A DNA stretch of 37,355 nucleotides from Octopus bimaculoides (taxonomy: Eukaryota). The position numbers and the translations under genes were made by a program. The notes under the pieces are model-generated. The model was not told where the DNA came from and did no database searches. It saw only the letters and a program-made list of their open reading frames with translations. Below, piece by piece: positions 25,290 through 35,400 of this stretch; within the stretch, counting starts at the first letter, position 1, and every line of letters begins with the position of its first letter. Where the stretch lies: NCBI RefSeq assembly GCF_001194135.2, contig NC_068991.1, positions 24,726,948-24,764,302 on the forward strand. The letters run 5' to 3'.

Positions 25290-25535
25290 GAATTAGGTCT
25301 GAGCAGTTAACTGAGTAACTTTTTGAGCACTTGACTTAATTTACACTCTATATTGTTCCAACTGTTGACATTGGGAAAACATTAGTTTTCATAATATGAC
25401 TGATTTTTCTCTCCAACACCAAGCCTTTTCAAAACACCAAATTTTATACCCTGTGTAATCCTTTTTAAACTACAAACTCCAGTTCCAATTGATGGCTTCT
25501 TCCCAGACACCTTGAATTGTAAGTAAATCCAATAA
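25290..25535 (-). mobile_element. Second, diverged fragment of the same Tigger-like element (N-terminal HTH region)
   Basis: Colinear similarity to 23740-24000, e.g. gagtaactt(c/t)ttgag(t/c)acttgacttaattt, ccaagccttt(t)aaaaca, ccttgaa(c/t)tgtaagta. Confidence 0.75.
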
Positions 25536-25760
25536 CATAGCAATCGACGCTTATCCACAGTAAAAAAAAATATATAGTGCCGAGAATAAAAAACTTATTT
25601 TATTCTTATGGATATAAGAATGGAAATTAGGAGGAAATTAGCCCATTACAAATTGAGTGAGGTGAGGGGAAGTATTACATGAATAAAGTTAGTTGTAAGG
25701 TTACCAAATTCATGGGCACTTCACCCCTTGCACCTCAGACTTGAACCATAAGAAATCCAA

Positions 25761-25814
<54 letters not shown>

Positions 25815-26255
25815 TAGACGCACACACACATACACACACACACACACACACATACACGCACGCACACACACACACACACACACTGTTGTTTGATATAGAA
25901 CATATGTAGCTACAGGCATTGCTATAATGCTGACAACATAATTGTTGATTCCAGTTAGTCATTCAAAAGTGAGTGAGTTGATAGCAGCAACAGTGTTGGT
26001 TGTTTTCAGTGTTGCTGATGGTGATAGTGGTCATATAACTCTTGCTAACAGTATTATTGTTCCTATTTAGTCTCAAGACATTTCATTCAACTTTTAAAGT
26101 ACACTAGGACACCATAAAATCTCAAGAAATTTCTCATTTTAGATGGAGTTTCTTATCTTGTTTGTAATGTTGTTGTCTTTGGTCATAAAGAATTGATGAG
26201 TTAGTAATAGCAGTGATTGTATAGGCATTGCTGTTGATGATAGTAGGGGTGATGA

Positions 26256-26289
<34 letters not shown>

Positions 26290-26866
26290 TTATAGGTATG
26301 TTGGTGCAAACATGAAAAATAGAACTCAAAATATGAGTGTATCTATATTTTTATTAATATTTAGCAGAAGTAATGAAGTGACTCAAGGTCCAAGTTTCAT
26401 GTGTTGGCTAAATATTAAATATACATATATATATATATATATATANNNNNNNNNNNNNNNNNNNNNNNNNNNNNNNNNNNNNNNNNNNNNNNNNNNNNNN
26501 NNNNNNNNNNNNNNNNNNNNNNNNNNNNNNNNNNNNNNNNNNNNNNNNNNNNNNNNNNNNNNNNNNNNNNNNNNNNNNNNNNNNNNNNNNNNNNNNNNNN
26601 NNNNNNNNNNNNNNNNNNNNNNNNNNNNNNNNNNNNNNNNNNNNNNNNNNNNNNNNNNNNNNNNNNNNNNNNNNNNNNNNNNNNNNNNNNNNNNNNNNNN
26701 NNNNNNNNNNNNNNNNNNNNNNNNNNNNNNNNNNNNNNNNNNNNNNNNNNNNNNNNNNNNNNNNNNNNNNNNNNNNNNNNNNNNNNNNNNNNNNNNNNNN
26801 NNNNNNNNNNNNNNNNNNNNNNNNNNNNNNNNNNNNATATATATATATATATATATATACATACAT

Positions 26867-27010
26867 ACGACGGGCTTCTTTCAGTTTCTGTCTACCAAAT
26901 CCACTCACAAGGCTTTGGTCAGCCCGAGGCTATAGTAGAAGACACTTGCCCAAGGTGTCACACAGTGGGACTGAACCCAGAACCATGTGGTTCGTTAACA
27001 AGCTACTTAT
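26867..27010 (-). mobile_element. SINE family A, head and core (the rest probably lies in the adjacent gap)
   Basis: acgacgggcttctttcagtttc...gggactgaacccagaaccatgtggttcg...gctactta. Confidence 0.85.
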
Positions 27011-27020
27011 ATATATATAT

Positions 27021-27408
27021 CTTTTATCTTTTACTTGTTTCAGATATTATACTGCAGTCATGCAGCAGAACTGCCTTGAAGAATTTTAGTCAAATGAATT
27101 GACACCAGTACTAATTATTTTTTTGTAAAGCCTGGTAGTTATTTTATTAGTCTCTTTTGCTGAACCACTAAGTTACAGTGATGTAAACACACCAATACCA
27201 ATTGTCAAGCGGTGGTGGTAGATTAACCACATGCACAAAAACACACATATATGATGGACTTCTTTCAGTTGGCATCTACCAAATCCACTCACAAGGCTTT
27301 GGTCAGCCCAAGGCTATAGTAAAAGACACTTGTCCAAGATGCCATGCATTGGGACTGAACCCAAAGCAGTGTGGTTGAGGAGCAAGCTTCTTACTACACA
27401 GCCACACC

Positions 27409-27412
<4 letters not shown>
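27021..27412 (-). mobile_element. SINE family A, full length
   Basis: cttttatcttttacttgtttcag...cagccacacctgca. Confidence 0.85.
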
Positions 27413-27462
<50 letters not shown>

Positions 27463-28078
27463 NNNNNNNNNNNNNNNNNNNNNNNNNNNNNNNNNNNNNN
27501 NNNNNNNNNNNNNNNNNNNNNNNNNNNNNNNNNNNNNNNNNNNNNNNNNNNNNNNNNNNNNNNNNNNNNNNNNNNNNNNNNNNNNNNNNNNNNNNNNNNN
27601 NNNNNNNNNNNNNNNNNNNNNNNNNNNNNNNNNNNNNNNNNNNNNNNNNNNNNNNNNNNNNNNNNNNNNNNNNNNNNNNNNNNNNNNNNNNNNNNNNNCA
27701 TAAGTGTATAATTACAGACTGTACCTGAAAATAAATGGGCATATTTTACAATTTCTGTAAGTACAAAATCCCACAACTTGAGGTGATCATAATACAAGGG
27801 ATGCCTGTATGTGTGGGTGTACGTGTGTATTTGTGTGTGTGTGCATGTGTGTGTATAAAGAGAGACAGAAGGAGACAGAGATAGAGAGATAGACAGACAG
27901 CCAGATGGATAAGATATATATACATATAGAGAGAGACAGAGAGATGAGAGGTATATACATTATACATATATACATATAGAAATATATATACATTATATAT
28001 ATATATATCATCATCATCATCATTTAACATCCATTGTCCATGCTGGCATGGGTGGACAATATATATATATATTCTATA

Positions 28079-28240
28079 AGGCATAGCTGTGTGGTATGAA
28101 GCTTGCTTCCCAACCACATGGTTCTGGGTTCAGACCCACTGCATGACACCTTGGGCAAGTGTCTTCTATTATAGCTTCAGGCCAACCAAAGCCTTGTGAG
28201 TGGATTTAGTAGATGGAAACTGAAAGAAGCCCATCGTGTG

Positions 28241-28280
<40 letters not shown>

Positions 28281-28472
28281 TGTCTGTCCCCCCACCATCA
28301 CTTGACAAGCAATGTTGGTGTGTTTACATCCCTGTAACTTAGTGGTTCAGCAAAAGAGACTGATAGAATAAGTATTAGGATTACAAAGAATAAGCCCGGG
28401 GATCAATTTGTTCAATTTAATACAGTGCTCCAGCAAGGCTGCAGTCAAATGACTGGAACAAGTAAAAGAATA
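28079..28472 (+). mobile_element. SINE family A, full length
   Basis: ggcatagctgtgtggt...ggttcagacccactgc...(TG)n...gtgctccagca...aacaagtaaaagaata. Confidence 0.85.
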
Positions 28473-29294
28473 TACATATATTATAAACATATATGTGTAT
28501 ATATGTTTGTGCATGTGTATGTGTGTGTGTGTGTGTAGTTATGAGAAAGTGCCTATATGTGTATTTGTGAATATATGCACCTGCATGCATGCATTTGTAT
28601 GGTTATGTCTGCCTGCGTTATATCAACCAACATGCAACATAAAATTTTAAGTATCATTTGAAGACATTACAAACACACTGCAGTAGACATTGCGTTTCTT
28701 CTAGTTGAATGGGCTTTTTGCTCATATAATTTTATCAACATGTTAGTCAGTTTTATATATATTTGTAGAACATAACTACAGCGTCATCTGTTTAATTTAG
28801 AAGACCTTCCAAGTACTGAATATGATTTTTATCATGCTGCTATTTTCTCAATGTATGGTTTATCATTACATTTTGTGTCATTTCTATCTTTCTCTCTCAT
28901 CTTTAATGTACATGCATATGCACTTGTCTATCTAAAAATGAGTCCATGTAATATATACATTTCCTCATAGTCAAAGAATTCATATGTATACGCACATATA
29001 TATACATTTTGTGTGTGTGTATGTCTGTGTGTGTGTGTGCATTATACATTTATATACATAAATATATAATAGATATATACATTACATATATATAATACTA
29101 TTAGGGACAAAGTCCAAAATTACAGGTAAAAACTCAATTAAAATCAATTTATAAAAAATTAAAATTAAATTGAGCTGTACAGAGTAAAATATATATAAAT
29201 ATATAGTTTTAGGGAAAAGAACCTTGGTTCTTTTCCCTAAAACTATACATTACATATATATATATATGTATATTCACACACGTGCACACACGCG

Positions 29295-29350
<56 letters not shown>

Positions 29351-29449
29351 NNNNNNNNNNNNNNNNNNNNNNNNNNNNNNNNNNNNNNNNNNNNNNNNNN
29401 NNNNNNNNNNNNNNNNNNNNNNNNNNNNNNNNNNNNTCAATTATATATT

Positions 29450-29663
29450 TATTACTTTATTGCCCACAGGGGGCTAAATATAGAGGGGACAAAGAAGGAC
29501 AGACAAAGGGATTAAGTCGATTACATCAACTCCAGTGCATAACTGGTACTTACTTAATCGACCCCGAAAGGATGAAAGGCAAAGTCGACCTCGGAAGAAT
29601 TTGAACTCAGAATACCGCTAAGCATTTCACCCAGCGTGCTAACAATTCTGCCAGCTCACCACC
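29450..29663 (-). mobile_element. SINE family B, variant with a different 3' tail
   Basis: Same head and body as other B copies up to gatgtaatcgact, then taatccctttgtctgtcc...ttagccccctgtgggcaataaag. Confidence 0.85.
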
Positions 29664-29700
29664 CTACATAAATTATATATTACATATAAATTATTTTATA

Positions 29701-29840
29701 GCAGTGAATCAGCAGAATTTGGAAAGCATTGCACAAAATTTGAGGGGTATTTTGTTATGTTCCTTTGGCTCATGTTCAAAACCACACGAGGGGCAACTTT
29801 GCCTTCCGTCCTTCTGGAATAGTGAAAATATAATACCATT
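29701..29840 (+). mobile_element. SINE family B, highly decayed copy, head-to-head with the previous one
   Basis: gtgaatcagcagaat...gttcaaaaccacacgaggggcaactttgccttccgtccttctgga. Confidence 0.5.
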
Positions 29841-30226
29841 CAAATAATAGAGTCAATCTGAAGCCTTGTAAAGATATTTGACTTCAATATAGTTATAATA
29901 CAGTAGCATTCATATAGAGTATATGCTGTATTATAAAATATATCTATAAATTCTTACTCAATATTGAGATAATATATAAGAGAATACATGTGTGTGTATA
30001 TAAATATATATATATATATTAAAAAACTTATTGTTAACAAAAGTTGGGATGCTGGGTGTTCAGTTACTCAATAAATGAGAAATGTACTAAATACTACTAC
30101 AAAATTTACATGTAGGACAGACACAGAAGGACCTTCATCAGTTATTGACCCAAAATACTAATACTCAGTTTCAAGCCTTTAACGATAAGACTGGGAACGT
30201 CGTTATATCAGTGGCACCAGCAATAT

Positions 30227-30338
30227 TTGTGTGTGTGTGTGTGTGTATACACATATATATATATACACACATATATACATATAAATACACACATACATGT
30301 GTGTGTGTGTGTGTGTATATATCTATATTTATATATCT

Positions 30339-30375
<37 letters not shown>

Positions 30376-30398
30376 TATATACATATACCTACACATAG

Positions 30399-30445
<47 letters not shown>

Positions 30446-30468
30446 TATATACATATATATAAATATAT

Positions 30469-30501
<33 letters not shown>

Positions 30502-30541
30502 CACATATATATATGTATATACATATATATACATACATCTA
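30227..30541. repeat. Compound (TG)n/(TA)n/(CA)n microsatellite field; similar fields at 1787-1830, 5980-6130, 8500-8545, 9341-9450, 10520-10620, 16300-16700, 25767-25882, 27413-27462, 27820-28010, 29260-29350, 30951-31200
   Basis: Directly read dinucleotide and tetranucleotide repeats. Confidence 0.95.
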
Positions 30542-30548
30542 TATTAAT

Positions 30549-30949
30549 CTTTTCATTTATTCTTTTACTTGTTTCAGTCATTTGACTGCAGCCATGCTGG
30601 AGCACAGTCTTCAGTTGAACAAATCGACCCCAGGATTTATTCTTCGTAAGCCTAGTACTTATTCTATCAGTCTCTTTTGCCAAACCACTAAGTTACAGGT
30701 CGTAAACACACCAGCATCGGTTGTTAAGTGATGGTGGTGGGGAGGACAAACACAGACACACAGACATATACATATATATACATGTACAATGGGCTTCTTT
30801 CAGTGTCCATCTACCAAATCTACTCATAAGGCGTTGGTTGGCCCGAGCTTATAGTAGAAGATACTTGCCCAAGGTACCACGCAGTGGGACTGAACCTGGA
30901 ACCATGTGGTTCAGAAGCAAGCTTCTTACGACACAGCCACACCTGCACC
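30549..30949 (-). mobile_element. SINE family A, full length
   Basis: ttcttttacttgtttcagtcatttgactgcagccatgctggagcac...gggactgaacc...cagccacacctgcacc. Confidence 0.85.
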
Positions 30950-31017
30950 TTACATACATACATATATATATATATGTATATATACACACATACAAATACA
31001 TATATACATACATACAC

Positions 31018-31063
<46 letters not shown>

Positions 31064-31166
31064 ATACGCGCACGCTCACATGTAATGTATGCCAAAAACA
31101 TACTTTGCTATAGAATATATCCATAAATTCAGCCACCATTCAATATTCAATATTTTTGTGGGCCTA

Positions 31167-31199
<33 letters not shown>

Positions 31200-32414
31200 T
31201 ACTCATACATTTACACATGCATACATATTTATACATTTGTCCATGCATACACACAAATTTTTAACATATTTTTAACGTAATTCCTAATTTCATTATTCTT
31301 TTGTTTTTTTTTTATTGGAAAATGGATGTTAAATGATGACGATGATGATAATGATGACGATTACTATTACTATTAGTATCATTACTATTAGCACATGGCC
31401 ACATGCAGAGACAAAGACTGAGATAAACAGACATATGAAGACATTAAAGTACAATGCACAGTTAATGTCAATGTTAACACTTGATTTAGTTGTAGCGCAC
31501 TCAATATATCTTGATTAGATATACAGCCTTAGCTCAGTTGAGTTTAGAATGGTCAACATTAACAAGATAGAATATTATGAATACATTATACTACCCTTTA
31601 TAAGGCCAATAGAATCCCATCATTCTATATTCTAACAGGTGAATGTATCTGTCTATCCTGTACACACTGTGTCAGGTACATAAAGAAAATTAAGTCCATG
31701 GGGAGGGGGTTTCTTTCCTTCCTTTTTTAAGGAAATGTGGTATTTTAGAAATAAACTGCTACATAGTTCATTGTTTTGTTGTTTGTTTTTCACTGTTTTT
31801 TTAACTAAAGTACAGTGACTTTAGTAGACTTGGGTCAATTAGTAATACAAACAAACTTTTCAAAAACATTTGAAATATGAAAAGGAATGTTTATGGACTT
31901 GGGAGTTCCAATATTTAAAAAACATTGCAAACTGGAATACACTACTTTAGTTCTTGTTAATGTTTCTCAGATGATGAGTTAATGTAATAATATAAATTTT
32001 TTCTGGCACTATTAACTTTATCTGCCATGTTTGCATGTATTTACACTTTATCTAAACTAGTACAATCTCTGATAATTCTTCAGGTGGTTTCTTCTTAAAT
32101 ATATGTAGTGTAGCAAAATATTCAAGAACATTGGAAACCCTGCTTCAGAAATAAAACTACAAACTCATTATAGGTCAATGTATATAATAAGGCACCAGAC
32201 GAGGATTGAATATTAGCTCAATGAAAACAGTATAAAATACAAAAACCTGAAAGATGAGGTTGATAACCTAGGAAATTGATCTGCTCTGCTGTTTTAATAC
32301 ATCAACTCTTTTCAAATAGTCATTTCTACTTACAACCAAAAGTATTCTGCATTTCACACCAAGATTTGCAAAGTTGTCTGAACTGAAAATTAACCAAAAT
32401 AGAAATTATTCAAA

Positions 32415-32423
32415 ACTTACCTG
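32415..32423 (-). other. 5' splice donor of the large exon (CAG|GTAAGT), phase 1
   Basis: Minus strand reads GTT TCA GTT TCA G|GTAAGTTTTGA. It is a consensus donor, and read-through hits a stop after GKF. Confidence 0.9.
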
Positions 32424-35400
32424 AAACTGAAACTTCTAATGTTCCATTGCGAGAGACATCAGAGTTAAGTCTTGAATCCAAGGTAATTTCTCCAGTTGAA
32501 GAATTTAGATCTAAAAGATTTCCTTCATTACCTGACACAAATGTATAGGTCAAAGTGTCACGGTTAATTTCATCTGGATCATATGCAGGAATTCTCCCGA
32601 TAATACCAGTTGGAAAATAATTCAAAAGGTTGTTGATGATGATAGTGAAATCTTGTAGCTGGGGTTTGTTATCATTAATATCCGTAACAGCAATAATAAT
32701 AGTAGTATCAGAAAAAAGAGGTTCAGAGATGGCACGAAGGCGCAGCTTATAAAACTTTTTGCTTGATTCATAATCAAGATCAACTTTAGATAAAATTATA
32801 GCAGCTGATCCAGGGCGTCCACTTAGCTCAAAATCATCACGATCGTACTCATTCATAAGCACGTACTGAATCTCTGCATTTTCTCCAACATCAGGATCAT
32901 GGGCCATAAGTTTTGCAACAGTTGACCCTATAGGGCTATTTTCAGCAATTTCCACTCGGATTTCAGCGGCTTCAAATAGTGGTTTATTATCATTAACATC
33001 TCCTACATCAATATCTATTACAACTGATGAGGAAGTTGGATTAGCTCCTCTATCAACAGCATAGGCAACTAGCTCATACTTGGACACACGTTCTCGATCA
33101 AGTTTCTTGTTAGTTCGAATTGCACCCTGGGTAGTATCAATGAGAAAATCACCATTGCCATCATTGCCGTTTTCAAATGTATAGTAAATTTGACCATTAC
33201 GCCCAGCATCTCTGTCTCTGGCTGAAATTTCAAGTACTCGTGTTCCAGTTCCAGCACTTTCCAAAACATAACCTGAGTAGCGTATTTCTTGAAATTCTGG
33301 TTTGTTGTCATTTACATCCTCAATAGTAATAACCAAATCTGTGGTGTCCATTTTAGATGGCTTTCCTTGATCACTGGCTGTAACACTGACTGTATAACCA
33401 GCCTGCTTCTCTCGGTCAAGCTTTTTGTGAGTGTAGACATCCCCAGTATTTGCAATAACTGCAAAAACATCAGTAGGATCGATGCTGTAAGTTATTCGTG
33501 CATTTTCTCCTACATCTTGATCAAGTGCAAAAACATTAAAGATAGTTTTTCCAACAGGTACATCTTCTGAAACACTTATACGATAAGGTGTGTTCTGAAA
33601 TTTCGGTTGGAATCTGTTTGTATCAATAATCTGAATAAACACTTCAGCAACATCTTTATTTCCAAGAAGGTCTGATGCTGTAACTGTCAAAGTATACCGA
33701 CTGTGTTCACGATAGTTAAGAGTTTTGGCCACCAAAATGGTTCCATCAGTTGAAATTATACGGAAGGCATCATCAATGTTGCCCTTTGTAATGCGGTAGT
33801 TTAGTTCAGCATTTGGTCCTTCATCTTTGTCAGTGGCTGTAACAACCACAACTTGATGTCCATGTTTAGCTTCTTCAGATACACTGACATTGTAAACTTT
33901 AGGGTTAAAAATCGGGGCATTATCATTAACATCTCGAATGATAAGTTCTACTTTTGTAACAGCTGATCGGGGTGGTTTTCCAGAATCTTTAGCTTCAACA
34001 CTAAATGTATATGATGTAGAATTCTCTCTATCCAATACTGCAGTAGTTCGAATCCATCCACTTTTAGGATTTATAGTCAAAGGTAAGTAGGCTGGTCCTT
34101 TCACAATTCTGTAAACTAATTCAGCATTCAAACCAGAATCCCGATCAAATGCTTGAATTTGTCGAATACTGGTATTTGCAGGAATATTTTCGGTAACAGG
34201 TTCTAAGTAATTATTAAAAAATTCAGGATCATTGTCATTAATATCTGTAACACGAATATTTACTGTTGTACTGTTTGTTTTGGGTGGAGATCCACCATCT
34301 TGAGCACGGATCTTGAGAGAGTATTGTTTAGTATCTTCAAAGTCTAATGGTTTTTGCAGAATAAGTTCTCCAGTAGCATGGTTAATACGAAAAACATTCC
34401 GACTGTTACCACCTGAAATAGTGTATGATATTTCTGCATTTTTGCCTTTGTCTTTATCTATAGCAGAAATATTTACGATTATGGGGTTGGAGCTAACATC
34501 AATATCTTCAGGAATTTCTGTTGAATATGATCGTTGACTGAATTGAGGATAATTATCGTTGTCATCACTTATAGTGATTTCAACTGTTGCTGTTGAAGTT
34601 TTCCTTTCTGACACAGGAGCCTGATCAGTAGCTTGGATTATTAGTCGATAAAAACTAACTACTTCCCGATCAAGATACTTACGAGTAGTAATAATACCAT
34701 TGTATGGACCAATAGCAAATGCATCATTAGGTTTCTCGGGGTTTAAAATTGAATACTTGATTTTTGCATTGTCTCCTATATCTCTGTCTGTAGCACGTAC
34801 AGATAAAATGACAGAATCAATATCAATGCTTTCTGAAACACTTTCTACATAGACTTTTTTTTCAAAAACAGGAACATTATCATTGGCATCAGTTACTGTA
34901 ATAATTAACGACACAGAACTACTTTGAGGTGGGACACCATTATCTGTTGCAATAACAGTGAAATAATGTTTAGGAATTAGTTCGCGGTCAAGTATTGTCA
35001 CAGTGGTAACTTTGCCAGATGTAGGGTCGATCGCAAACATAGACTGGCTACGTTTATCCTGGGTAGCAATTAGGGTATAGGTTATTATTCCTGCGTCTTC
35101 TGTATCTGGGTCTGTTGCCGTAATGAACCCAACAATAACACCAGCGGATTCGTCTTCTTGAACACGTTTAGTATAATATACCTGAGAAAAACGTGGAGCA
35201 CGATTCCGGGACGCTCGTCTGCGACGACGACTTCGCGTGTTTTCCTCTAAGGAGGGTTCTAAGAATTTATGTGTGTAGTGAAGAATTTTAAAAGAGGTCT
35301 TCTTTTCTTGTTCATCACAACCAAATTGTATATCACCATAAATAGTTAGAATACCGTCAAACGGACGCATTTCATTTCTAGCTCTAATGCAATATTTGCT

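Larger units (their letters stand above)
1..32420 (-). other. Probable CELSR intron 1 (at least 32.4 kb, repeat-rich)
   Basis: No ORF resembling the expected next exon (DG...VRL(I/V)TxxML...) was seen on the minus strand. An exon hidden in an N gap or shorter than the ORF cutoff cannot be excluded. Confidence 0.65.

Noticed and set aside
30145-31280. HT/YI/CV-repeat ORFs here and elsewhere
   Set aside because: Translations of dinucleotide microsatellites.
32410-32420. GKF* as a true C-terminus (secreted cadherin-only protein)
   Set aside because: It is read-through of a consensus GTAAGT donor at the position where CELSR continues into DG; no transcript evidence for intron retention.
33069-34537. 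Small overlapping ORFs (33069-33311, 33289-33570, 34313-34537)
   Set aside because: Alternative-frame or antisense shadows of the cadherin exon with no recognisable motifs.
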